In this document: positions 51,701-64,000 of the stretch, one piece after another
Layout: each line of letters opens with the position of its first letter
Position numbering within the stretch: position 1 is the stretch's first letter
Source of the DNA: Antedon mediterranea
Taxonomy: Eukaryota > Animalia > Echinodermata
NCBI RefSeq assembly: GCF_964355755.1
Contig: NC_092678.1
Coordinates: 12,460,352 to 12,524,351, forward strand
Reading direction: 5' to 3'
DNA: 64,000 nt
Position numbers and translations under genes: made by a program
Notes under the pieces: generated by a model
Seen by the model: the letters and a program-made list of their open reading frames with translations, nothing else
Database searches by the model: none
Told to the model about the DNA's origin: nothing

Positions 51701-54700
51701 TGATATGGTATAATATGAGTGGAGAAAATAAAGAAACTTACTTTGTTTTGTGAATCTGGAATATGTTCAAAGCCATTGAACATCATGTTACAGACATATT
51801 GTTTGTGAGTAACAAAAGGCATTACAATCCCTTGAAAATCATCTGCCGTCAAATCAGTCAAGTAAACAGTTAAATCAGCGAATGCTATTACAAAAATAAA
51901 TAAAAATGATAAGTTTGTGTTTACTAAGTATTTAACCAAATATTCTACACTATGTTATAATGTTCTTTACAAAATATTCACATTTCTATACTTCATTCAA
52001 TATGATTGTGTTTGTATTTTCTCTATGATATTTAATTAATATGTGAAGGGAAATTTATTAATATCAACAAGGTAAGTACAACATTTTAAGTATACATAAA
52101 ATAGTGAGATTAATAATGTATGAACAGTTGAATGATACTAATTACAATCCTTTATCTAAATTAAAATAGAAAAAACATTGAAAAAAATTTTATCTATATA
52201 TAAATTTACGTAAGGGCAAAATTCGGTAAATCGCGCCTTACTTCTAGAATTTTCACTCGATGGTATGTAAAGTTGGTTCGTACTTTCGGTACTTATTTTA
52301 ACCGCCTGATGTAACCCTGTTTACTAATTAAATTGAGTTAGATAATTAGTTATTGACGATTAAAACGAATTTAGGTTCAAAGATTTGCCCCAAATAGGGG
52401 TGTTTTCCGATCGTGGTATACACTGTCTAATGGATGTCCATCTTGAAAAATACCCGCCAAAAAAATGCGAGGAGGCTTCGCATTTTTCTATCTCCTCCTA
52501 CGATAATTGTTTTTAATAGCTGAAAACCGGTTGAACAGCTAGAGTACACCATCATAATGTTGAAGACAGGCCGATTTTCTTTAAAAAATACTATTTTGAT
52601 AGATTTAATATACGATTATAAAAATGTATTGATTTGCGATGAATGGAACATCCCAATCTCTCAGTCTGCCAGAGTTGGTTTAACACAAGTACTGTAGGTA
52701 AATTTATGAGCCCTTGGTTTAACACATACGGTAGGTAAATATATGGGCCCTTTGAGAATAAACTTGCAATACTTTGACAATACTGTAAATACCTATTAAC
52801 TATTTTTCATTTGAATCGAACATTTCTTACTGTGAATGTTCGTACTGTTAGATGTAATATAAAAATATATACAAATAAACTTTATTACTGAGACTGTGGA
52901 TAGGCTCTACTGTTAGATATACAAATAAACTTTATACTGACAGTTCCTTCTCAACGTTTGTATTAATTAATAATTACCAAAAATATAAACGTCGTAGTGG
53001 TGTATCGTGACATGTACTTTAATATTTCAATCGATTATGACAGTGACAATTTTAACAAAGTATTAAATCGCAAATGTTTTAGGCCTACTGTATTTAGAGG
53101 TATATTATTTATAGGCCTATAAAACATGAACAAAATATTTCGTTACTCAGTGGATAAAGAATATATTTAAAAATTGTTCCTCTTTGTACCTATCCGCTTT
53201 CCCATCCCTCAACCCTAATGTTACATAGCGAGGAGGCTTCGCATTTTCCTATCTCCTCCTACGATAATTGTTTTTAATAGCTGAAAACCGGTTGAACAGC
53301 TAGAGTACACCATCATAATGTTGAAGACAGGCCGATTTTCTTTAAAAAAATACTATTTTGATAGATTGCTAGAGTACACCATCATAATGTTGAAGACAGG
53401 CCGATTTTCTTTAAAAAATACTATTTTGATAGATTTAATATACGATTATACAAATGTATTGATTTGCGATGAATGGAACATCCAGTAGTTTGGTTTAACA
53501 CAAGTACTGTAGGTAAATTTATGAGCCCTTGGTTTAACACATACGGTAGGTAAATATATGGGCCCTTTGAGAATAAACTTGCAATAGGTTCGGAAAATGT
53601 TAAAAACCAATTTCTATTATTTGAATCGGTAAACAGTTTCCATTTATTATACATTGATAATGAAACATGAAATATTCCTATTTATGTCCCTCGAGGTTCA
53701 TTACAATTTATATTTAGTAGTCCCACGGACTTCATCTTAGCCACTCCCCCGAGTGCTAAGGCCAAATTTATGATACCCTACTTTCTATGTAGTTACAGTT
53801 AGTTCTTGACGATAATAATAATACCACGAATTTAGGTTACACCCTTCGGCCGCGAAAACGTTTCTGTACAAATATGATACCGATTGGCTTTATTTCATTC
53901 AACAGCGACCATAATCTCGGCAATTACAGGATAGATAAACTATTTTATTATTGATGTGCTTATAAATTAAGACTCATGTAAACAGCTTGATTACATCATT
54001 TTACAGACAAACGAAACTTTTTTAAACCTACTGTTTCAAAAACTGAGTATAATACTGTATACGTTTTCATAAGTAAGTGCATATACATTTTCGTGTTTTC
54101 ATTGACGAGATTGTAATAGTAACTTCAGTAACTATTACAGTACTTATTTATTATACGACACAAGACAATTGTATCTGACAGGTACGTACATTATTCTAAA
54201 AAATAAGTCTAGATAGATCCCTTAGGCGTCATAAATCACAGGCCAACAAATCAGTACTCATGACAGAAATTCGACCCAGTTTGGTTCACACAAATGTTTA
54301 CAGGAAGTTCAACACCACAACCGATGATTTGCCCTAAATATTTAGGTAGACTACAGTTTAATTTTTCACTGAATAGGAGCTTGAATTTCCGATTTCCATT
54401 TCACAGAATGTCTAGGTCTATTTATTTAGTTTGGTTCTTATAATATATAAATACAATCAACTTTATTACTGCGGTTCCATCACCACCACCACGTGCTGCC
54501 GCCCAATTCCCGTACATACATTTCCATTTCTCCCTAATTTCTTTAATCCACATAAATTAATTGTCCTTTATGGAATCCAGTATTGGTTTTGTTGTCTCTA
54601 TTTCTGAATACCCCAATTAGGGGGACACTTCCGTTTTTGTTTAGTGTCCCAAAAAAGTCCCCGTCCGTGGATTCTACTGTATTCGAGAACCATCTGTGAG

Positions 54701-57700
54701 CACCCCTAGATGGTACGCGAGCGAAGCGAGCGTGCCATCTAGTTTTTATAATTATACAAAATATGAGAAAAATACTTTTTTTTTAATTAAGGTTGTATGA
54801 CAAATCTATACTGGAAGTCATTATTGCCTACAATCTGCAACTGTTGAGTTGGTCAGGGTTGGGTTTGGGAGTAGTATCATGGCACAAATGGAATTGTTCA
54901 CCTAAGGAATGTACAGTACAGCCAGGTATACATGTATTAAGAGGCAGTTGTAAAAATTGTATATTCTGGCCAGTAAGTTTCATCCACTAAGACACACAAC
55001 AGAATGCTGAGTACTTTGGCAATAAAACAAATATGAGAATTCTGTGTACATAATTGAAATATTGGGACATACTTATGAGAATTAATGACATTTTACCAGT
55101 TTAAAAGTACAAATTTATTGTATTATAATTATAATGGTTATCCTGCAATTTGGTCAGTGTTATGCCCAAATAAGGTCATGTTATGCCTAAATAAGGTCAT
55201 GTTATGCTTGATTTTAATGATTCACCTGATTGAGCTTCTTCCTGTACTTCTTCTTGAATTCTTTCCATTTCAACATAAACTTTTTTGTTTTCTTTGTCAT
55301 ATTGTTTAATTCTTCGTCTATGGATCAGAAGAATGATTAAGAAGAGAAGTATTGCAACACCTATTACTGAACAAACTACAATAATTATTTCTACTTGAAT
55401 TTTGGAAGAATATTCGATGGGCCCAAACGTCACATTAATGTTACCATGCTGAATCTGAAAAGAAAAAAATTGAATTATAATACTATACACCATTATTTAG
55501 TTTTTTGTAAAATAATATTTTGAACTTTTATATTTTGCAGTAGTTTAAAAAAATTCTAAAAAGCATTTAAAAACATAAATTCTTGGTTGTTGTGGAAAAA
55601 GAACAATCATTAATTTGGATATTATACACATAATGAATGTTTATGAGTTGATGGTTAGAATATTTAATAATTTGAAAGATTGACTGCTCCCATTTAACGG
55701 GTACCAAGAGTACAATCATAGAGGTGTTATAAAAGCCATTATTTGTGATAAAAGATATGTCAATTGCAGAAGATTTGGCAAAATCAGGAGCAGAGTATTT
55801 TATTTTTAAATGAGAGGTTACCTCACTTGGCTTTTAATTGAACTAAAAATTCTATATAATAATATTATAAAATGTCCTTTTCTGTACCATGCTGTCTAAG
55901 AGGTTACTTTTAAAAGGAGGAATAATTAGATTATTATTCTTGTGATCTGGTGACCACAAACATTTGCTTACCTTAACTATAGGATGATCTTCACCATCTA
56001 CTGGATTAGGTTCCTTGTCTGGTACTTCAACAATAACTACTGTACGTGTTATTGAATTTACAGTGCATTTAACACTTCCTATGAAGACTTCAACATCCTC
56101 AATGTCACTAGCAAGGTTGATGTCAGAACCCTAATAATAATAAATCACAATCGGTAAATAACTGATTCAATAAGTTCTTTTTCAAATTTTAAAATAAATG
56201 TAGCTCAATAATACACTTTACACTGAACAAAAACTAACTAACTAAATAATTATAAAAATTATGAGATTTGTGTAAACATTTTGTGCAGCAGTAGAAACTA
56301 AGTTTGGTTGCTCCTAGCACGCATTGCATGATGTAATCACAACACAAGTAACTTGACTATTCATGACACGACTGATGGATCAACCATTGCATCATGATAA
56401 TAGTCAAATTACTTGCGTTGTCAATTACATCTTTCCATTGTGTTAAGTAGAGTTGATTTAATGCTTTTACGCAATACACTGCTGAAGAAATAAAACTATA
56501 TATTTACAATCAACTTTATAAATTCATCAATATCTTTGTCATATCTGTATATTCCATCTACTACAGTCTCTCCATAATAAGACATATTATCAAAGGGATA
56601 ATATATTGGATTAGGGTAAACTGAGAATCCAAAATCACCACTCAATGTAAGAACGAAACCATCAAATGAAAAGGTCAAAGGTAAAACTGTCCGGTCTGTC
56701 TGTCGTCTGCTACGACAACCTGATGTGGAGAGATCAGCTGGTGGACTTTCACAATCCATCTCCTCATTTGACAGAATTATACAGATCTGAAAAAACAACA
56801 CATCATTTCTTTATTTATTATGTACATTAAAGAACAATTTACAAGGAATTTTCAAAATAATTAATTAATTTTCATAAAGTCATATACTTTGCTTAAATCT
56901 GACAAAACAATTCTACTTAGTAACAATTATAATCAAAATAAATACACAAAAGGCCTATATTGTGTAAATAAGACAGAAGAGAAATCAGAGTGTTAATGTT
57001 GGAAAACAAAAACATGATCTTAAAATTATCTTTACTTGATAATCAGATGCTTTTGGAGATGATTTAATGTACAATTACATCAGAGAAGGACCTATGCTTG
57101 GTTACTACTAGAGATGCAACACAAGCACGCATGTAACATAAGTGATTTGACCAATCACTAGCGATTGATTATTCCAACCTTTACTTTTCATTGGTCAACT
57201 CGCTTGCGTTGGGTTTACATCCTTGAGTTGCGTCTCTAGTGGCAACCAAGCTTTAAAGCACTCAGATTTTATGGATGGATTATGGATATATTCATATGGA
57301 TGAATGATATGGATGTAAACATTGTTGACATTTAAGGAAAACCTTTCTTTCTGTTGAAATTTATTATATTAGAAATGTAAATGTATCTAAAGCTTACATT
57401 TTCCGCTGATACGCTATTTAACAACATCGTTGCTTTCTGTACATATTGGAAATTTGTTCCGGTCACTCTGATGTTTTGACCACCTCTGCAAAAATAAGCA
57501 TTTTAAACATTATCATTACATGGAATATGGTGCTTTAAGTATGAAGGAGTTTATTGATTTTACTTCCAATTCTTAAAGCCCAACATTGTCACATTGTTTT
57601 GTATAATAATTTGATACACTGACCTTTTGTCAAGGTCAGTACAGTTTGTATCTTACTATAGTAAACAACTCTGCAGGTCTGAACTAGACTAATTGCCCCA

Positions 57701-60700
57701 ACTTTATATTATTGTCTTTTATTATTCTAGTCTACCAGCCGGTGTTATTTTTGTCCTGAAAGCTCAAGCAGTGTACGTATGAAAGGCCATATGTGTCAAA
57801 ATATTTTTGTTTTTACTAATATTAAGTCAAAACTCCGTCAGGAACCCAGATTAGGTCTGAACATTCCTTAAGACTATAATTCTCAAGTATTTTTTTAGAT
57901 AATAAAATGTTTCTGTCCATTTACAAAATTAAGTATATTAATCTCTCTTCTTCGAGGGCTTGCAGCTAAGGCTATCGCTTAGGTCTAGCATTTTAAGAAC
58001 ATAACATAACACCAGTATTGGAACAGCTACATTTGGTGGCCAGTTGAGAAGAGAGTAATGTACAAGATACTTCATCACATTTAAATCACTCCAAAACATG
58101 GCTCCAACATTTCTATCTAAAACATTTTCAAGCCAAAACGGACACTGAGGTCATCACTCAGGCCTATACCTAGACTGCCTTCAAAAAAATATTATGGACA
58201 ACGCGCCTGTTTCTGGTCAGCTGCTCTTTGGAACGCCCTTCCAAACTCAATCAGGAATGCCGAATCACTCGACACATTCAAACAACTTCTCAAATCTCAC
58301 CTTTTTATTTTGCATTTTCATTATTAAGCTTTTGCTCTTTTATAACATTTTCTGTTGATTGTTCAACGCTTTGAGATGCCCTGTATTTTGCGGTATATTA
58401 AATTGAACATTATTATTATATAATTAAGAAAATTTTTCTTACGCTTGAATGCCTTTATTAGGTTGGAAGTCAGTCACTGTGGGATTTGTAGTGTAATTAA
58501 ATGTAAGACCATCTCTAACAGCATTTCCAAATGTAACTGTTACTGCAACTTCAGCTCCAGATGTTGTATAGTTTGATGTTGTACAAATCATCTGGTTTTC
58601 ATTGATACTGTAAAATAAATCAACAGTGGTTAGAATTTTGTAAAGATACATCCTTTTGAAGTACGCTCTAAAATTAGTAAAATAATGGTCCAGAATTAGG
58701 ATCCTGGTGTGGATTGCTATCAAAAAGTAATAGAGTATTCCGTGACCATTACATCTATCTGTGGTTTAAAATCGGTAAAGATCTGTCTAATAAATAATGC
58801 AAAATATAACCTCCTTGGCAGTCCTAATAATCTACATGTCAATCTATATACAAATAAGATTTATTTTGTAACATAACCTGCACCTACGTTAGACTAGACG
58901 ATAATGTAAAGAATGTTATTTCGTACCTTGTAACATAACATTCACTTCCATCAATAGATACCATTACATCATTCCCAGTGTTCAGATTGGATCCACTGAA
59001 TGTTAGTGTAGTTCCACCAGCTTGAATGCCAAACCTTGGACTCAACTCAGATATAAGTGGATTCTAAAATGAAATAAAAAAATGTTTAATTTAATAAATA
59101 TACTAATAAAACACAGGTATTACAATCTGTATGATTAATAATTGTTTTTAATATTTAAAAAAAAAACAAATGTTTTTATACAAACATAACCACAAGTTTA
59201 AAAGTTAATATATTTATAGTATAAAAATTGGTCAGCGGAAACTATTTCATAAAATTGTTAATATCCTTCTCTTTTACTAGTAGGAATGAAAGTAGAGGAG
59301 AAGAGTGAAATTGCATTAGTTTCACTCTTATCTTGTTCTATCAGGAGTGAAAGTAGAAGAAAAGAGTGAAATTGCATTAATTTCACTCTTATCTTGTTCT
59401 AGCAGGAATGAAAGTAGAAGAAATAAGTGAATGTATCTTCCCTCTTGGCTGGTTCTAGTGTTCATTTTAATATCATGAATACCACAACAAATATACATGA
59501 TTACTGTAGAATAAACATTTTAAAATAACTTTAGTAATTATATAAAAATATTTATTAAGGTTGACTCTTCTACATCAAAGCAAGATTGTGAAATTTGAGT
59601 GAAAAAATATACCTGATAGAGTATGACTACAGGTGCACTTGTCTTTCCTTGAACAGTTATGATGACGTCACGTTGAGAGACACTATCAAACACAGGAGCT
59701 TTACATTTCACACTGTGTATAGTAAATAATACAATTTCCTTTTCACTGATATACACCACAACAATAATTATAATAAAAAAAATAACATGCAATGTTACCC
59801 CCAATTGTGAGGATGGATCGGAATAATGCATGGCACATGATGCTTAATAAACGAACCAATCAAATAGTTTATGGATTCTGTGTGATAAGTTACAGAAGTG
59901 CTTTGTACTTCATCTTATGTTAGAATGGTGGTTTTCCATAAAAGTGTTTTTAGAAAATGTTTGTATAAGATCAGACAAATCTGAGGCATCTTAACATGGT
60001 AGCAGAGTTGTCAAAGATACCCGTCTGTAGGATGGGTATCAACTACTTATATTATGATCTGTTTTGCATTACATCAGTGAAAGCTGAATACATACAGTAG
60101 CAATCATAATATATTTACTTCTTGTCCATACACACATTATCACAATACACACAGAGAGAGGCATAGTTGGTTAAACTGAGGGTATTACCTGTGTTGTGCA
60201 CTGAACCATGAAATAGGTTTGGTTCACGGTTCAATCTCGTGAATAAGTTAGAACACAGAGAGTGTTCTAACTTATGGGTTGGATTACATGCATATAGTGC
60301 ACTATCTTCTGGATGAGATGTTAATCCGTTGGTCCTGTGTGCAACTTGGCTTATGTACAGCCATAAGGATTTTACCAGAAACAAGTACAGACTTAGTGCT
60401 GCATAATTAATGTAAAATTAAATATTAAAATACCTTTGTAAAGCTATGTTAAATCCATCAGCAACTGTTACACATTCTTTGTTATCTATCATAATGTTGT
60501 CAATATCTGACATCATCTGTCCAAAATCAGTTCCGAACAGTTCAATGACCTCTGTGAAATCAGGTTCAGGTTGAGTAGTTACCGTAGCAACAGAAATGGG
60601 ATGAGTCTGAAAATAATATTAGTAAAACATAAAAGCATGATGGATATTTAAAAAAAACAAACATGATTGGTGTAATCATAAAAAAACACCATTGGATATT

Positions 60701-63482
60701 TTGGAGTAAAACCAATTGCTCAAATATCATCATTCAGTACCCTTTTCTTCTAATTTTCAGACTAATTGTTATTCTGCCACAAATATATACTGTAATGTAA
60801 ATTTCACACTATAAACTAGTAATAGAGGGCGACTAGTAAACATCATTTCAAACAAATTTAAGTTAGGCTAGGATGCTGGATTTTGAAGGAAGATAAAATG
60901 ATTCCAATTACCTGAATAATAACAGGTAATGGACATTCATTCACTATTGATGAACAGAATGGACTGTAGGAACATTGGTCTCCAGTACACCAGACACAAT
61001 CAAGTCCAGACCTAGTGGTGTTCATTGAATAACATCGACTGCAGTCTGGACGTTGAACACTACACTTGTACAATGTAACTGGTAAAGAAAAATAGAGAAA
61101 TTAATGTAAAAATGAAGCATTAACTGATAAAATATCATAATCATTAGCATATTACGAAGGTGTCACTATGAGTCATGACTTTGTGACTTTGTCTTTGAAT
61201 ATCAAAATGCCGAAAACAACATAATGAAAGAATGATATATATTTTTATCATATTTTGACATTGTTTGTATGCATAACATGGATGTATGCTAACTGAAAAA
61301 TGATGTTTATTCAATTGGTTTTATTCACTAGGTTTTGAAAACACGTCTCAAAGCCTGGTTGGATGAGAGTAGATAACATTAATATTATTTATGATAACAT
61401 TTAAGGATAAACTAAAAACTGTAATTCCTATAGGAACAATAATAATTGTGCAAACAAATACTCATTATCTACAGGTTTAACACCATAAAATAAGATATAA
61501 TATTATTTGCACAGAATGACACCAGAAAGATCAGGGAATGAAGTAGGGATTTATAGTATACAAACAAATTGACTGTAATTTAAAGATTATATCATGCTGT
61601 TGTTTGAACAATGTGGTGTTGAGTCAATACTTAGTAAAGTAAATTGTTGTTAAACTTCCTGTTTAAAAGCTAAACAACCATTTTATGTTCATTAAAGAAC
61701 AATGTACTATGTTAAAAACAGATAATTGTCTGTCAGCTGAAACCACAGTCTCTGAACTGGGAACCTATCATAAAAAAAGTTTTCTGACAAAAAACTGGCA
61801 ATATTAAAACGTTTTTTTTTATTCTCAATAATCTTTTTTTATTGATTAATTATTTATTTTATTTTATTTTATGTCTTTAGGCAATGTGGCCAAGGATTAC
61901 CAATAGTGAATTAATCACTGTCCTATCAGATAGGTGGTAATCCCCCTGATACAGGGGCTATTGTGTGAACCAGTTCACCGGGGTAACCCCCTACTCTTTT
62001 TCAAATAATGAACTGGGTTCTTTAAAGTACACACATGTTATAACTGTGTACACTGGACCTACGGTTTATAGTCCTTATCCGAGAAGACTTGTTCCACCAC
62101 CAGAACTAGGAGCGAGTCGGCCTCGAACCCTTGCCGATGTTGTTGGCTCTTTAGGTACGGTAAACGGCGCCCCTGCCTTAACCGCTCGGCCATATGACTC
62201 TTAATAACTCTTTGAATAAATTATCCCCAATTTGTAACATAAATGAGACAGATTTGTGGTTGTTAAATGGCATTCTTAAAATAAATAAATGTTTGTGCAC
62301 AATTTGATTGATTGCAGTTGACCTTGGGTGAACTACAGTAGCATTCCAAAGCTTGAGCGGTTCTCAGCATTTTGGGTAATCTTACCGGTTTTTTTGTCCA
62401 CTATACACCGCACACTGATTTACTGGTTTTTTGGGAGCACAAAATAAGCAGAAACAGTCAATATAAAAATAGGGTTGTTAAAGAGGTACTAGGAATACTG
62501 TATTTGTTTCAGGAGTTACATTTTTTTTAATAGAAAATTGAACAGGGGTATGTGGATATGATAACAAAATGTATGATGTTATGTTTACCAAGTAAATAAT
62601 TGATTTAATGATATTTATCAATGTAAACAATCAGGTGAAACCAACCTTGATAAGCATTGTCAATTTCATTGTCGTTCCAAAATACTTTAATATATGCGTT
62701 TACTTCCTGCTTGTCCTTAGCTGTGTAGTCATACTAAAAAGAAATGTTTCCAAAAAGCAATTAAAAGTACACTTGAATTTCACATAACATTTGGCATAAT
62801 GCCAAGATGAAATGTGACATTTACAGCAAAATTATACCACAAAAACTTCCTGAAACAACAAGTTTTTGGAAGTGGAGTTGTTATCGAGAATTCTAGTGGA
62901 TATGAATCAACTAACATGGAATTGGTAGCAAATCTTTATTAAGTAACAAGCTAGATACATCCATTCATTTTAAAATAATATCTCTATTAATTTTTGTTGT
63001 GGTTTTTAAAAATAGATTTAGGTCTAAGTTTAATAAATAATTATTACAGAGTAAATTTATGAATAGAAAATTAATGAAAAAACTTTATAACCACTACTGT
63101 ATCAGCAAACATAAATTTATTTACATATAGTTATAATAACTCTTTGTATATCTCTTGCTATTGAGATTAATTATCAAGCACTCTATAACAAGAGGTTTTG
63201 TAACATGTGTATGTACATGGTTAAGTTGTACCATGGACAATAGGTCCATGGTACAACTACAATGTGTCAATATTAATGTAATATATTTGTTTCATTATTC
63301 ATTTGAATGTCACTAAATGCTATTTGATATGTGTACATTTAATCCATCTGTTCAAATGTCTTGGTTGCTACTATACTTACAGTGTATTGTGAACATGTGA
63401 TATTTGCGTTTGATTCATCAACTGATGCTGGAATTCTGACGGTTTGTGCTTCAATTTCCAACTCACATTCATAGCTGTTTAC
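36738..63482 (-). CDS. Plexin (divergent; TIG/PSI, IPT repeats, TM, split RasGAP with RBD), 27 exons, 5' part outside window
   Basis: Phase-consistent GT-AG exons: 63482-63381, 62733-62646, 61078-60912 (PSI: [13 protein letters not shown]), 60606-60434, 59712-59613, 59063-58927, 58607-58443, 57485-57398, 56786-56508, 56130-55972, 55454-55226 (TM), 51884-51742, 51137-51019, 48330-48265, 47960-47886, 47313-47247 ([13 protein letters not shown]), 46519-46373 (GPVDAITG), 46165-46009 (RBD: [16 protein letters not shown]), 44455-44343, 41452-41329, 39522-39437, 39237-39124, 38987-38821 (KYLFDLFD...WKNN), 38686-38539, 37613-37476, 37373-37299 and 36869-36738 (stop). Confidence 0.93.
38340..38533. 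repeat. 51-bp intronic tandem repeat (about 3.8 copies)
   Basis: Unit caacaccatgttggacgatactggtccctggcagtgaacctactaggccta, abutting the plexin donor site at 38538. Confidence 0.92.
39550..40809 (+). mobile_element. Non-autonomous Helitron in a plexin intron
   Basis: A|TCTATATATAAATTTACGTAAGGGC... and 3' hairpin CTAGATGGTACGCGAGCGAAGCGAGCATACCATCTAG|T, no TSD. Second copy at 52193-54742. Confidence 0.88.
41557..43696. repeat. 41-bp minisatellite, about 52 highly homogeneous copies, in a plexin intron
   Basis: Unit gaataagggcacagtgtgttggacattggattactgattgt with period 41 (41641, 41682, 41723) and no spacers. Confidence 0.97.
43690..43920 (+). mobile_element. SINE body (CORE/MIR-like central domain) directly following the minisatellite
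   Basis: B-box-like gaatttgaatcc, then tcctttgggcaagacac...ccaggtgtataaaatgggtgcc, and 3' gagcgcttag. Confidence 0.6.
46690..46915 (-). mobile_element. tRNA-derived SINE with A-rich tail
   Basis: Minus strand GGAGCTGTAGCTTGGTGGTTAAAAC...GGGTTCAATCCTG (A and B boxes), a body, then a GAAATAAAATAAAAG tail. A body fragment recurs at about 53890-53980. Confidence 0.7.
49394..50162 (-). mobile_element. Full-length non-autonomous Helentron/HINE element
   Basis: Minus strand starts TTTTTAGTCGCGTGGAAGCGACT and ends GCACGCGACT...GGCTGTTGGCCTTGTT. (GTCT/GTCG)n tracts at both ends; core matches 1-480. Confidence 0.8.
52193..54742 (+). mobile_element. Non-autonomous Helitron (longer composite copy) in a plexin intron
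   Basis: Same 5' end and first ~1 kb as 39550-40809, internal duplications at 53228-53590, a different 3' interior, and the same terminal hairpin ending CTAG|T. Confidence 0.88.
57094..57254. mobile_element. Palindromic MITE (PIF/Harbinger-like)
   Basis: gcttggttactactagagatgcaac ... gttgcgtctctagtggcaaccaagc imperfect TIRs. Confidence 0.65.
58150..58425 (+). mobile_element. L2/CR1 LINE extreme 3' fragment with (ATT)n tail
   Basis: [38 protein letters not shown], then a 3' UTR and attattattat. Confidence 0.75.
59278..59432. repeat. About 61-bp tandem repeat (2.5 copies)
   Basis: aggaatgaaagtaga...gagtgaaattgcatta.tttcactcttatcttgttcta repeated. Confidence 0.8.
61845..62200 (-). mobile_element. 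tRNA-headed SINE with Deu/Nin-type central domain
   Basis: Minus strand A box TGGCCGAGCGG and B box GGTTCGAGGCC. Central TCGGATAAGGACTATAAACCGTAGGTCC...TAAAGAACCC...GAGTAGGGGGTTACCCCGGTG resembles the DeuSINE domain. (AAAAT)n tail. Confidence 0.78.
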
Positions 63483-64000
63483 CTACAATAAACAGCTCAG
63501 ACAAATAAATGAACATGTATAATCTAGGTAGGTGTATATTGGTGCTTTTCTACATTATGAAGTAAACTTTTCTACATTATTAAACTTAAACAATTCTAAA
63601 TTAATACCCTACTGTATCTCTTGCGGGAATTGTTTCCTGGAACCTTAAAGTAGACGGAAATCTCACACACATCTCACTACTACGCTTCAACTTCCTTTAA
63701 TTATTTTATAATTAAGTTATTTATATAATATTGTGAACCATGGCTAATTAGCATATTGCATGGTACTCCTGTGATTAAGTAACAACTCTGTATTTAATGC
63801 ACAGTGTGCTATTGTTCGCTCTCTGTTCGCTCACGGCTGGCATTGAGCTTATATGTATATGTTAACGCCAATATATGGTTTTCTGAGATTTAGTTGTTGT
63901 CTGGCCATCTTACTCTAACAATATTCATTGCAAACTAAAAGTATCAAAACTTCATTAATATAGTACTTAATCTACAAATTCATTGAAGTTTTTAGTAGTG

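Noticed and set aside
62704-62733. 30-nt plexin microexon ending at GTAAAC
   Set aside because: The frame continues with plexin-like [15 protein letters not shown] to a phase-1 donor at 62646 that matches the next exon.

Overview
AT-rich eukaryotic (animal) genomic DNA, not prokaryotic. It has short GT-AG exons in long, repeat-filled introns; a marine invertebrate, probably a deuterostome, is my inference only. Genes reconstructed by hand from splice sites and reading phase: (1) a complete 3-exon divergent FGF on the minus strand (6060-9826); (2) an orphan half of an F5/8 type C (discoidin) domain exon (24269-24555, -); (3) a plus-strand EGF-LDLa-unknown-Ig extracellular protein (27893-31776, both ends unresolved); (4) a stranded 3' fragment of cytosolic seryl-tRNA synthetase (35758-36212, -); (5) 27 exons of a divergent plexin (36738-63482, -; 5' part outside the window), whose GAP domain lacks two of three canonical arginines. 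The rest is mobile DNA: a 6.76-kb CACTA/EnSpm element with subterminal repeat arrays and decayed head-to-head SAMD3-like and zinc-finger transposase genes, several non-autonomous Helitrons and Helentron/HINE-type elements, a LINE>Helitron>MITE nest, Penelope remnants including a minimal hammerhead ribozyme, CR1/L2 fragments, tRNA-derived SINEs and minisatellites. I found no CRISPR array or prokaryote-type system. All family assignments rest on remembered motifs, not database searches.
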